DNA of 64,000 bases from an uncultured Acidobacteriota bacterium (GTDB lineage Bacteria; Acidobacteriota; Polarisedimenticolia; J045): the NCBI GenBank assembly GCA_963702425.1, contig CAVPCQ010000017.1, positions 194,325-258,324 of the forward strand. The letters are read 5' to 3'. Every line of letters starts with the position of its first letter. Position 1 is the first letter of the stretch. Below are positions 8,594 through 17,418 of the stretch, piece after piece. A program made the translations under genes and the position numbers. The notes under the pieces were generated by a model that saw only the letters and a list, made by a program, of their open reading frames with translations, did no database searches and was not told the origin of the DNA.

Positions 8594-10496
8594 TGCACTG
8601 CTCGGGAAGGGGCTGAAGCAGCAGCGCGCGATCGTCGCCGCCGGGATCGGGACCGGACTGCTCTTCGCGCTGCTGCTCTGGCTCGCGATCGGCGGGCTCT
8701 ACGGCTCGCGCCCGGTGAGTGCGGAGGACGCGATCGGGTCCGCGCTGTCGCTCGTGCTCGCGCTGGGGATCTGGCCGCTGTGGGCGCTGCTCGCCTTCAG
8801 CCAGGCCTTCACCGGGGACCGCGCCGCGGGCACCGAACCGTTCCTGCTCGACCGCCCGGTCCCGCCAAGGCAGCTGTTCGTGGCGCGCCTGCTCGCGGCC
8901 CTCGCGGGGTGGGGTGCCGTCGCCGGAGGGACCTTCGCGATGCTCTGGGTGCTGGCGCGCACCCACGGCGTTGCGACCGACGGCGTGCTCGGGGCCGGCG
9001 GGATCGGCCTCGCGTTCTCGGCCCTCGCCGCATGCAGCGCGCTCCTTGCGGCGGCGTTGGGCGCCGTCTCGCTGGCCGCGGCGCTGCTGGGCCTGCTGCT
9101 CGGCCTGGCCGCGCTGGCCGTCGCGTTCCAGCTGTTCCGGGCCTTCCCCGTGCTTTTCGAAGCGCTCGGCTGGTTCACGCTCTGGCCGGCCGTCCTGCTC
9201 GTGCTGGCCTACCCGCTGGTCGCCTGGATCGCCTTCACGCGCGGCGAGCCGGCCGGCCGCGGACGCACGGCCCGCGCCGCGACCGTGCTGGCCCTCGCCG
9301 TCGCGCTGATCGCGGTGCTGTTCGTCGCCGCCACTCCGGCGCTGATCCGCGCCGGATACGGCACCGCCACGGGCTACTTCGAGGTCGCCCTCGCGCCCGG
9401 CGGAGGAGGTGCCGTACTCAACGCCTGGCGCCACTTGTGGATCGTCGATCCTGCGACCGGGGCGCGGCGCCGCTTCATTCCGCCCTGGTCCTCCTTCCTC
9501 GGGTGGCGGGCGGACGGTGCGCTGTTCGCGGTCGCGACCCGCGCCACGCGCCTCGGCGGCGAGTCCCGCCGCGAACGGATCGCCTTCTACGACGCTGCCG
9601 GCGGGCGGGCGGCCCCGGACGTCGAGTTGGGCCGGGATGCGGTCCAGATTTTCGGCCTCGGAATGGACGGAGGGCTGTGGATCGGTGACGAGCTGTTCTT
9701 CGTGACCGCAGCGGACGGCGAGGAGCCGTCGCTCTGGCGCGTCCGGCCGGGCGAGGCCGAGGGCCGCCTCGAGGACGCCCGGCTGCCCGCGCTGACGCGG
9801 CCGCTGAGGGGCAGCTCCGACGGGATGCTCTACCTCGTCTCGTACCCGAAACGCGAGCGCGCGTCGCACCCCGTCAAGCCGTCGCTCACAGAGGACGCGC
9901 AGCTGTCGCGCTTCGATCCCCGCACGGGAGTCCTCACGCCGCTCGGCCCGATCTCACCCGGGCGGATCCTCTACGCCGGCCTCGCGCCGAGCGGACGCTA
10001 CTGGCTGGTCGACGCCGGCGACGAGCAGTCGGCACGGCTGGTGGTTCGCACGATGGCCACCGGCGAAGAGTCCGAGTATCCGCTCGGAGACTCTGCGTTG
10101 CTCGAGTGGGAGTGGCTCGCGGACGACCGCCTCGCGCTCGTCGTCGAGCGCGAGGGTCGGGCCCATCTCGTGCTGACCGGACCCGGCGGGAACGGCGCGC
10201 GCGAAGAGCTGGGCAGCTGGCCGGGGCGCCCGGCGTGGGGCTGGCTGCAGGCGTCGCCCGATGGCTCGATGCTGCTGGTGCGCGATCACGCGACGCGACG
10301 GGCACGGGTGCTGCACCTCGCCGACCGCCGCTGGTCCGAGATCGACGCGCCAGCCGGCGCGGCGCGCGCGCCGGGCGGATCTGTTCCCGTCCAGTGGCGC
10401 TGGGCCGGCGAGCGGACGCTCACCGTTCCGGGAGCGAGGGGACCGCTGCTGATCGACGTCGACGATCCGTCGCGGCAGGTCGCGATCGCCTGGTAG
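8586..10496 (+). CDS. ABC-2 type permease fused to a soluble beta-propeller-like domain
   Basis: About 7 hydrophobic helices with AFTGDRAAGTEPFLLDRP, followed by a polar region with SPDG/APSG-type repeats. Confidence 0.7.
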   Translation: MFSALLGKGLKQQRAIVAAGIGTGLLFALLLWLAIGGLYGSRPVSAEDAIGSALSLVLALGIWPLWALLAFSQAFTGDRAAGTEPFLLDRPVPPRQLFVARLLAALAGWGAVAGGTFAMLWVLARTHGVATDGVLGAGGIGLAFSALAACSALLAAALGAVSLAAALLGLLLGLAALAVAFQLFRAFPVLFEALGWFTLWPAVLLVLAYPLVAWIAFTRGEPAGRGRTARAATVLALAVALIAVLFVAATPALIRAGYGTATGYFEVALAPGGGGAVLNAWRHLWIVDPATGARRRFIPPWSSFLGWRADGALFAVATRATRLGGESRRERIAFYDAAGGRAAPDVELGRDAVQIFGLGMDGGLWIGDELFFVTAADGEEPSLWRVRPGEAEGRLEDARLPALTRPLRGSSDGMLYLVSYPKRERASHPVKPSLTEDAQLSRFDPRTGVLTPLGPISPGRILYAGLAPSGRYWLVDAGDEQSARLVVRTMATGEESEYPLGDSALLEWEWLADDRLALVVEREGRAHLVLTGPGGNGAREELGSWPGRPAWGWLQASPDGSMLLVRDHATRRARVLHLADRRWSEIDAPAGAARAPGGSVPVQWRWAGERTLTVPGARGPLLIDVDDPSRQVAIAW

Positions 10497-10533
10497 GCGG
10501 CGCCCGGGCCAAGCCCGGCGGCGGCAGCCCCGT

Positions 10534-11499
10534 TCAGGCCACCCGCCGCCGCAGCGCGTCGAGCGCCTCGCGCAGCTCGGTGACGCTGTCGACGAGGCGC
10601 GCGTCGACCGCGCCCAGCACGCCCGCGTAGGCCTCGGCCGCGTCCCCCCCCACGATCAGACCGACCCCGGCCCCCACCAACCGCCGCAGCCTCTGCAGCT
10701 CGTGCGGAAGGCGCGTGTCGTCGGGCGGATAGATCAGCGACAGCGCTACCCCGCGCGCGGCACTCTGGCGCGCCGCCGCAGCGATCTCGTCCGCGGGAAG
10801 ATCGATGCCGAGGTAGACGACGCGCCAGCCGGCCGCCTCGGCGACGAGCGCCGCCATCAGCGCGCCCAGCTCGTGGATCTGGCCAGCCGGAGTGGCGACG
10901 ACCAGCGCCGGCGCGTGGGCCTGCGGTGACCGGGACTGTCGCGCCCCGACGAGCCAGGCGCGGATCGCCGCGGTCGCGAGGTGCTCGTGCCGGATTCCGA
11001 GCCGCCCGTTGCGCCAGCCCGCACCGATCTCTTGCAGCAGCGGAACGAGCAGTTCCTCGAGCAGCTGCGGAAGGGTCAGCGTGAGCTCCGCATCGGCAAG
11101 CGCCTGTTCGAGGGCGGCCCCGTCCAGCCGTTCCGCCGCCGCGATGCATCGCGCAAGGGTCTCGCCTTCGGAGCGGATCGCTGCGGGCCGCCCGGCCGTG
11201 CCGGTCCCGGGACGCGGACGCGCCTCGTCCTGCGCGACGAGCTGCTCGAGTTCCTCGAGCGGGAGCCGCGCCACGAAGCCGATGCGCCGGCCAGCGTCGA
11301 GCGCCTTCCGGATCAGCGTCAGTCGCGCGATGTCCGCATCCGAGTAGAGGCGGTGCGCGCCGGGGGTGCGTCCGGGGTCGACGGCGTGGTAGCGCCGCTC
11401 CCAGGCCCGCAGGACGTCGGGGGAGAGGCCGGTGGCACGGACGACGACCTGCATCGGGTGCCGGGGCTGGTGGTTGCGGGGGTTTCGGGGTTCGCTCAT
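10534..11499 (-). CDS. carH: MerR-family adenosylcobalamin-binding photoreceptor/repressor (CarH/LitR-like)
   Basis: MerR HTH (LRAWERRY...[10 protein letters not shown]), W-x9-EH motif ([12 protein letters not shown]) and B12-binding motif GQIHELG...VVYLG. Confidence 0.88.
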   Translation of the reverse strand: MSEPRNPRNHQPRHPMQVVVRATGLSPDVLRAWERRYHAVDPGRTPGAHRLYSDADIARLTLIRKALDAGRRIGFVARLPLEELEQLVAQDEARPRPGTGTAGRPAAIRSEGETLARCIAAAERLDGAALEQALADAELTLTLPQLLEELLVPLLQEIGAGWRNGRLGIRHEHLATAAIRAWLVGARQSRSPQAHAPALVVATPAGQIHELGALMAALVAEAAGWRVVYLGIDLPADEIAAAARQSAARGVALSLIYPPDDTRLPHELQRLRRLVGAGVGLIVGGDAAEAYAGVLGAVDARLVDSVTELREALDALRRRVA

Positions 11500-11569
11500 G
11501 GTCTGTCTCGTGTTTGTCTATATTTTTTCTGGAAAGTTCCTTGACAATACTTCATGGAGCCCGTATTGT
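11500..11569. promoter_or_regulatory. Divergent control region: sigma70 promoter and candidate 11-bp-spaced CarH operator repeats
   Basis: TTGACA(11541-46)-17 nt-TATTGT(11564-69) on the + strand. TGTCT, TGTCT and TTTCT start at 11504, 11515 and 11526, an 11-bp period. Confidence 0.6.
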
Positions 11570-11639
11570 CCACCCTGTCGAACGAAACAGACCGCGCCGG
11601 GGGGCCCCCCTCCCCCGGGCTAACAGCAAGGAGGCCCTG

Positions 11640-12152
11640 ATGAACCGCTCGGTTATCCGCCCCACCCTGATCGTCCTCGCGCTCGTTGCCGCCCTCGTCG
11701 CCCCGTCCGCCGTTGCGGGCTCCGCAAAGAGCACGCCCGGCAGCGCTGCTGCCTCCATGAACATCGTTGACACCGCGGTCGCGGCCGGGAACTTCAAGAC
11801 TCTCGTCGCCGCGCTGCAGGCCGCCGGCCTGGTGGACACGCTCAACGGAGCCGGCCCGTTCACGGTGTTCGCCCCGACGGACGAGGCGTTCGCGAAGCTC
11901 CCGCCGGGCACCGTCGAGGCGCTGCTCAAAGACAAGACCAAGCTGGTCGAGATCCTGACCTTCCACGTCGTCTCCGGGAAGGTGACGTCCGGCGACGTGG
12001 TGAAGCTCACCTCCGCGAAGACCGTCTCCGGCAAGACCGCGGAGATCGACACCAGCAACGGCGTGCGCGTCGACGGCGCGCTCGTCGTGAAGGCGGACAT
12101 CCTCGCGTCGAACGGTGTGATCCACGTGATCGACACGGTGATGATTCCGTAA
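11640..12152 (+). CDS. Fasciclin (FAS1) domain protein, exported
   Basis: Signal peptide, [20 protein letters not shown] and [19 protein letters not shown]. Confidence 0.95.
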   Translation: MNRSVIRPTLIVLALVAALVAPSAVAGSAKSTPGSAAASMNIVDTAVAAGNFKTLVAALQAAGLVDTLNGAGPFTVFAPTDEAFAKLPPGTVEALLKDKTKLVEILTFHVVSGKVTSGDVVKLTSAKTVSGKTAEIDTSNGVRVDGALVVKADILASNGVIHVIDTVMIP

Positions 12153-12233
12153 TGCTCTCCGGCCCCGACCCGATCTCCTAACCCATCCCTTTCCACTGAG
12201 CAAGTTCAGTTCACCCGAAACAAGGAGGCTTCC

Positions 12234-12932
12234 ATGACCCGCTCGATCCGCTCGCTCTTCGTGACCGCCCTCGCCGCCCTGGCGATCCTGGTTCCCTCGA
12301 CCGCCCTCGCCGCCGATAACGCGGTCTACGTCGTGCACGGTATCCCGGGGGCCGTGGTCGACGTCTACGTCAACGGTGGCCTCGCGCTCGAGGACTACAC
12401 CTTCGGGACCGTCGTCGGACCGCTGCCGCTCCCCCCCGGGACCTACACCGTGGAGGTCTTCCTGGCGAACTCCGACCCGACGACTGCCGAGGCGGTCATC
12501 CGGCTGGATGACGCCGCGCTGCCGGGCGGCCTGAACCTCTCGCTGGTCGCGGCGTTGACCCCCGGCGGCACGCCGGCGATCCTGCCCTTCGTCAACGACG
12601 TCTCGCCGGTGATGCCGAACTTCGGCCGCCTCGGGCTGCGGCACGCGGCCGACGCCCCAGGCTTCGTCATCAACTCGCGTGGTATCGGCCGCGTCAACTT
12701 CTCCGCCGGCAGCGGAATTGACCTTGACGTGCTCGCCCGGACCTACACGCTCCCCTTCGCGCTCTTCAACGGCGGCAACGGGATGCCGGTCATGGGGCCC
12801 GAGTTCCTGACCGTGAAGACCGGCACCTTCACCATCGGCTACGTCGTGGGCTCCGCTCCCGCAGGGAACCTCTCGTTGGTCACGCAGGAGATCCCGCTCG
12901 AGACGATGAAGGCCGCCCGCGCGCGGCGCTGA
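12234..12932 (+). CDS. DUF4397-like exported protein
   Basis: Signal peptide, VYVVHGIPG..VDVYVNG and RHAADAP repeat motifs. Confidence 0.75.
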   Translation: MTRSIRSLFVTALAALAILVPSTALAADNAVYVVHGIPGAVVDVYVNGGLALEDYTFGTVVGPLPLPPGTYTVEVFLANSDPTTAEAVIRLDDAALPGGLNLSLVAALTPGGTPAILPFVNDVSPVMPNFGRLGLRHAADAPGFVINSRGIGRVNFSAGSGIDLDVLARTYTLPFALFNGGNGMPVMGPEFLTVKTGTFTIGYVVGSAPAGNLSLVTQEIPLETMKAARARR

Positions 12933-12983
12933 CCCTGCTCCGGGGCCTCCCTGCGGCCCCGTTCTCCTTCCTCCCCCGCACCG

Positions 12984-13018
12984 CCGGCCGTGGGCTTCGT
13001 GCCCACGGCCGGTTTTCT
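12984..13018 (+). terminator. Rho-independent terminator
   Basis: Stem CCGGCCGTGGGC / GCCCACGGCCGG followed by TTTTCT. Confidence 0.8.
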
Positions 13019-13050
13019 GTACAGCCTCTTCGCCTGCGAGTTGCAGCCGT

Positions 13051-13587
13051 TCAGTTCGTCTGCGTCTCGAGGTCGGACTTGGGGCTCGTCGTCTTCGTCG
13101 CGCGACACGGACAGCCGTCCTTGTTGCCGCAGTTGCACGTGCCCAGGCAGTCGTCGCGATCCTTCGAGACCACGGTGCCGCACCATTCGACGGTGATCCC
13201 CTCCTTCGCCGCCGCGAGCAGTCCGGCCGGCAGCAACTCCGCCGGGAGCGCGGCGAAGCTGCCAAGCGGCCGGGCGACCTGCCTGGCCTCGGGTTCGTGC
13301 CCGAGCGTGGAGAGCCGGTCGCGCAGCCGGGCGAACGCCGTCGCCGAGACGAGCGCGCTGCCGTCCATCGCGCGGCCGGCCGGCTCGCAGCCGGGAACGG
13401 AGATCTCGGCCAGAACCGTGGGTCCCTGGAGCGCGCGGATCGTCGTCACGTGCTGCTGGAGATCGCAGATGTAGGCGATCTCGAGTGGCGGCGGAGCAGC
13501 GGCGGCGGCCGCGGCTGGGACCGCGAGCACGGCAAGGACGACGAGCAGGGCGGGATAGGTACGGGTTCGGAGCGGGATGGGAAGCAT
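13051..13587 (-). CDS. Hypothetical exported protein with a Cys-rich C-terminus
   Basis: RBS GGAGG, signal peptide, and C-terminal WCGT...CLGTCNCGNKDGCPCR. Confidence 0.6.
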   Translation of the reverse strand: MLPIPLRTRTYPALLVVLAVLAVPAAAAAAAPPPLEIAYICDLQQHVTTIRALQGPTVLAEISVPGCEPAGRAMDGSALVSATAFARLRDRLSTLGHEPEARQVARPLGSFAALPAELLPAGLLAAAKEGITVEWCGTVVSKDRDDCLGTCNCGNKDGCPCRATKTTSPKSDLETQTN

Positions 13588-13801
13588 CGGGGAACCTCCT
13601 TCGGCGGTCGCGGACGCCGCGCCGCAGGCAGGAGAGTCGGGCGCAGGGCGCGGGAATGCGAGCAGGAAGCTGCCGGACCGTCCCCGCCGCGGGATCGGAG
13701 GGCCGCGGGATGCGCCAGTGGCGCGGTGCGCCAGAAAGACGCGGCCAAGGTCACTCTTCAGCCCGGTAATTCCTCGGAAGGGGCGACGGCAAGGGGCCTC
13801 G

Positions 13802-13856
13802 AATCAATGACTTGACCCGACGCGGCGATTCTCCGCCTGCTGGCATCCGCCTTGCT
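13802..13856 (+). promoter_or_regulatory. IHF site plus sigma54 (-24/-12) promoter
   Basis: AATCAA-TGAC-TTG at 13802-13814 matches WATCAANNNNTTR. TGGCATCCGCCTTGCT at 13841-13856 has GG-N10-GC. Confidence 0.65.
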
Positions 13857-13866
13857 CTATTAGGAG

Positions 13867-13995
13867 CGACAAGATCAAGTCGGGACATCGCCGAGAGCCA
13901 GCGACAGGGCAGATGTTCGATGGGCTCCGAAGGCCCGACCTGACCTCCTCCTCCCCTCCCTTGGCCCCCGGTGAAAACCGGGGGCTCGTCTTTTT
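13867..13995 (+). ncRNA. Putative sigma54-dependent small RNA (~130 nt)
   Basis: Lies between the sigma54 promoter and a + strand terminator, with no credible ORF. Contains a CCTCCTCCTCCCCTCCC tract at 13944-13960. Confidence 0.5.
13964..13995 (+). terminator. Rho-independent terminator
   Basis: GCCCCCGGT-GAAA-ACCGGGGGC followed by TCGTCTTTTT. Confidence 0.75.
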
Positions 13996-14007
13996 CGATC
14001 GAGCGGA

Positions 14008-14697
14008 TTACGGCCCGGCGCGCCGCATCACCTGCGCGAGCGCGCCGTCGAACATCGCGCGCGTCAGCCTCCCGGTGTTCGTGTTCTGACGCGACACGTG
14101 GTACGAGTCGATCAGCCACCGCCCGGCCGGCAGTTCGTGTTCCGCGCCGTGCGCGAAACGGTGCGCCGCCGCCGGGAGGCCGAAGCGCGCGAGCAGCGCG
14201 TCGTGTCCGATGCGCCCCAGCGCCAGATAGGCCCTGGTCTCGCCGAGCAGCGCCAGCTCGCGTTCCGTCCACTTCGCGCAGGCGACGATCTCCTCGCGCG
14301 CCGGCTTGTTGGCGGGCGGGGCGCAGCGCACCGCCGCCGTGATGTAGACGTCGTGCAGCACCAGCCCGTCGACCCGATCCCGCGATTCCGGGGCCGACGA
14401 CAGCCCCGCGCGGAAGAGTGCGTCGTACAGGAAGAGCCCCGACGCGTCGCCGGTGAACGGGCGGCCGGTCCGGTTGGAGCCGTGCGCCCCCGGCGCGAGG
14501 CCGAAGATCACGAGGCGTGCCGCGGGATCGCCGAACCCGGGGACCGGCCGCGCCCAGTAGACGTCGCCGCGGTGCGCGCGCTTCTTCGCCCGGCCGACCT
14601 GCTCGCGCCACGCCACGAGCCGCGGGCAGGCGCGGCAGTGCACCAGTTCCTGGTGCAACCGCTCGAGGGGACCGGGTTCGCGGGGGCGAGGCGTCAT
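14008..14697 (-). CDS. Uracil-DNA glycosylase, family 5 (UdgB-like, Fe-S)
   Basis: CRACPRL, GLAPGAHGSNRTGRPFTGD, VRCAPPANKP and SYHVSRQNT motifs. Confidence 0.92.
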   Translation of the reverse strand: MTPRPREPGPLERLHQELVHCRACPRLVAWREQVGRAKKRAHRGDVYWARPVPGFGDPAARLVIFGLAPGAHGSNRTGRPFTGDASGLFLYDALFRAGLSSAPESRDRVDGLVLHDVYITAAVRCAPPANKPAREEIVACAKWTERELALLGETRAYLALGRIGHDALLARFGLPAAAHRFAHGAEHELPAGRWLIDSYHVSRQNTNTGRLTRAMFDGALAQVMRRAGP

Positions 14698-14796
14698 GCG
14701 CGGCATGCTAACGCCTGGCCCGCGAGCCGGGGCAACGGGCGCGCTTTGCGGGCAGGGTCCGGTCGGCCGGAGAATGTCTCCCCGCGGAGGATCGCC

Positions 14797-15516
14797 ATGA
14801 ACTTCGGCCTCATCGATCGTGTCGTCATCGTCACCGGGGCCGCCGGGGCCCTCGGCTCCGTCGTCGCCCGGCAACTCCTCGGCCAGGGTACGCGCGTCGC
14901 GCTGGCGGACCTCGTTCCGGACGCGGTGCGGGCCGAGTCCGGCGCGCGGGCCGCGTCGGAGAGCGCGTGGGTCGCCGAGGCGACCGACCTGACCGATCCC
15001 GCGGCGGTCGCGCGGATGGTCGACGGTACGCTGCAGCGCTTCGGCCGGGTCGATGGTCTCGTCAATATCGCCGGAGGCTACCGAGCGGGCGCGCCCGTGC
15101 ACGAGATGACGCTCTCCGACTGGGAGTTCATGTTCGCGATCAACGTCCGCTCGGCGCTGCTCGCATCGCGCGCCGTGGTGCCTCACTTCCTGCGCCAGGG
15201 TTCGGGCGCGATCGTCAACGTCGGCTCACGGGCGGCGCTGGCCGGCGTCGGCGACGCGGGAGCCTACAGCGCGGCGAAGGCTGTCGTGGTGCGGCTGACC
15301 GAGAGCATGTCGGCCGAGCTGAAGGACCGCGGCGTGCGGGTCAACTCGGTCCTCCCCTCGATCATCGACACCGAGGCCAATCGGGTCGCGATGCCCGACG
15401 CCGACTTCGGCCGCTGGGTCGATCCGGAGGCGCTGGCCGAGGTGATCCTGTTCCTGCTCAGCGACGGCGCCCGGGCGATCCACGGCGCCGCGATCCCGGT
15501 CTTCGGGCGGGCGTAG
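14797..15516 (+). CDS. SDR family NAD(P)-dependent oxidoreductase
   Basis: TGAAGALG, NIAGG and YSAAK motifs. Confidence 0.9.
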   Translation: MNFGLIDRVVIVTGAAGALGSVVARQLLGQGTRVALADLVPDAVRAESGARAASESAWVAEATDLTDPAAVARMVDGTLQRFGRVDGLVNIAGGYRAGAPVHEMTLSDWEFMFAINVRSALLASRAVVPHFLRQGSGAIVNVGSRAALAGVGDAGAYSAAKAVVVRLTESMSAELKDRGVRVNSVLPSIIDTEANRVAMPDADFGRWVDPEALAEVILFLLSDGARAIHGAAIPVFGRA

Positions 15517-15528
15517 CGCGGGCAAGCG

Positions 15529-16368
15529 CTACGGTTTTCGCCCCGCGACGTCCACGCTGGTGAAGTAGTCGACCGGTGTGGTGCCGGCCGGCAGCGACTC
15601 CATGATCCGCCGGTAGAGCGGGTCCTCGAACTGCTGCATCGCGGCGACGTACTCCGGCTTGGGGTTCAGCGTGACGTCCGCCAGGCCGGCCGCTTCCAGG
15701 GCCCGGCGGTAGTCGTCGATCAGAACCGCACCGGCGATGCAGCCGACCCAGGCGACGATCTCCTGCTCGACCGCCTCCGGCAGGGGCCGCAGCAGCGCCA
15801 TGTCCGACACCGCCACGCGGCCGCCCGGCTTGAGGACCCGCGCGATCTCGCGGAAGACCTGCGGCTTGTCGGGCGAGAGGTTGATCACGCAGTTCGAGAT
15901 CACCACATCCACGGAGCCGTCGGCCACCGGCAGGTGCTCGATCTCGCCGAGCCGGAACTCGACGTTGTCGAGGCCGCTCTGTCCGCGATACCAGCCGATC
16001 CCGCCGCGCGCCTTGGCGATCATCTCCGGCGTCATGTCGACGCCGATGACGCGCCCCGTCGCACCGACGCGCGGCCCCGCCAGGAAGACGTCGAAGCCGC
16101 CGCCGCTGCCGAGGTCGAGCACGACCTCGCCCGGCTTCAGCGCGGCGATCAGCGCGGGGTTGCCGCACGAGAGGGCCATGTTCGCCCCCTCGGGAACCGC
16201 GGCCAGGTCCGCCGCCGCGTACCCGATCTGGGCCGCGAACTCGTGCGCCGGCATCGCACCCGGCATCCCGCAGCAACCGCCCGGTCCTTCGACCGCCACG
16301 CGCGCGTACCCCTCCCGCACTTCGCCCCGGATCCGCTCGTCGTTTGCCAGCTTGTCGTTCGTGCTCAT
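15529..16368 (-). CDS. arsM: Arsenite S-adenosylmethionine methyltransferase
   Basis: GCCG, LSCGNP, LDLGSGGG, ISNCVINL and WVGCIAGA conserved cysteines, in an ars operon. Confidence 0.92.
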   Translation of the reverse strand: MSTNDKLANDERIRGEVREGYARVAVEGPGGCCGMPGAMPAHEFAAQIGYAAADLAAVPEGANMALSCGNPALIAALKPGEVVLDLGSGGGFDVFLAGPRVGATGRVIGVDMTPEMIAKARGGIGWYRGQSGLDNVEFRLGEIEHLPVADGSVDVVISNCVINLSPDKPQVFREIARVLKPGGRVAVSDMALLRPLPEAVEQEIVAWVGCIAGAVLIDDYRRALEAAGLADVTLNPKPEYVAAMQQFEDPLYRRIMESLPAGTTPVDYFTSVDVAGRKP

Positions 16369-16805
16369 GGCGTGGCCTCCAGCTGCCTGGGCAGCGTTTC
16401 GATGAAGCTCCTGATCTCGTCACGGACCCGCCGGTACGGGGCGAGCGCGTCCTCTTCGGTCTTCGCGTCGCGGGCCAGCTTCGGCGGGTCGTCGAACCCG
16501 TGGTGCAGGCGCCGGGTCGCGCCGGCGAAGACCGGACAGCGCTCGTCGGCGGCGCCGCAGACGGTGACGACCCAGTCGAAGTCGGTCCGCTCCAGCTGGT
16601 CGATCGTCCGGGAGCGCTGCCCGCGGATGTCGACGCCCGCTTCGGCCATCACCTGCACGGCGCGGGGGTTCACGCCGTGGGCCTCGATCCCGGCCGAGTA
16701 CGGCTCGATCCGCTCACCGTGCAGGGCGCGCGCCCAGCCCTCGGCCATCTGGCTGCGGCACGAGTTGCCGGTGCAGAGGAAGAGGACTTTCAGCCGCGGT
16801 AGCAC
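16365..16805 (-). CDS. arsC: Arsenate reductase (LMW-PTPase/thioredoxin type)
   Basis: CTGNSCRSQMAEG, TVCG...CP and FDDPP motifs. Confidence 0.92.
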   Translation of the reverse strand: MLPRLKVLFLCTGNSCRSQMAEGWARALHGERIEPYSAGIEAHGVNPRAVQVMAEAGVDIRGQRSRTIDQLERTDFDWVVTVCGAADERCPVFAGATRRLHHGFDDPPKLARDAKTEEDALAPYRRVRDEIRSFIETLPRQLEATP

Positions 16806-17161
16806 GCCGTCACCTCCTCGAGGTCCAGCCCGCGCAGGTGCGCCAGGCGCTGGGCGTCATCCCGCACGCCGGGGTCGTCGCGCAGGGTGTCGAGCACCCA
16901 GCCGAGCGCCCAGCGCGCCGCCGGGCTGGCCTCCCGCCGCGCGAGCCGGAAGTAGCGCCACTTGCCGCGCCGCTCCATCTCGACCAGCCCGGCCTGCCGG
17001 AGCTGGTCGACGTGCTTGCTGACGGTCGAGGGGGCCAATTCCAGGAGCCCGATCAGGTGGCACAGGCACAACTCGCCGTCCCGGAGGGCCGCCAGAACCC
17101 GGACCCGAGAGGGGTCCGACAGCGCCTTCGCGATCTCGACCAGCTCGTCCTGGCTGCCCAT
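16790..17161 (-). CDS. arsR: ArsR/SmtB family regulator
   Basis: KALSDPSRVRVL...ELCLCHL...STVSKH. First gene of the ars operon. Confidence 0.9.
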   Translation of the reverse strand: MGSQDELVEIAKALSDPSRVRVLAALRDGELCLCHLIGLLELAPSTVSKHVDQLRQAGLVEMERRGKWRYFRLARREASPAARWALGWVLDTLRDDPGVRDDAQRLAHLRGLDLEEVTACYRG

Positions 17162-17174
17162 GAGAACACTCCGT

Positions 17175-17225
17175 TGATTCGCTAAGTAACGAAGTGAATC
17201 TACGCCGGGGTCCCCGGCGAGTCAA
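17175..17225 (-). promoter_or_regulatory. ars operon promoter and candidate ArsR operator
   Basis: Minus-strand TTGACT(17225-20)-17 nt-TAGATT(17202-197). An imperfect palindrome TTCG-N8-CGAA lies just downstream. Confidence 0.6.
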
Positions 17226-17263
17226 GTCGCCCGGGCGCGGGAGAGCCGTTCCTCGACCAGCTT

Positions 17264-17418
17264 GCGGTAGGGGCCGGCCTCCGTGCCGGCCCGCCCGGCG
17301 CCTGCGGGAGGGGCCGGCCTCCGTGCCGGCCCGCCCGGCGCCTGCGGTAGGGGCCGGCCTCCGTGCCGGCCCGCCCGGCGCCTGCGGCTTTCGGGCCGGC
17401 ACAGAGGCCGGCCCCTAC
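17264..17418. repeat. REP/BIME-like cluster: three 40-bp direct copies plus one inverted copy
   Basis: Core G(T/G)AGGGGCCGGCCTCCGTGCCGGCCC at 17267, 17307 and 17347. The inverted copy is at 17393-17418. Confidence 0.85.

Noticed and set aside
17264-17418. Possible CRISPR array or IS ends
   Set aside because: Identical linkers and no transposase. It belongs to the same REP family.
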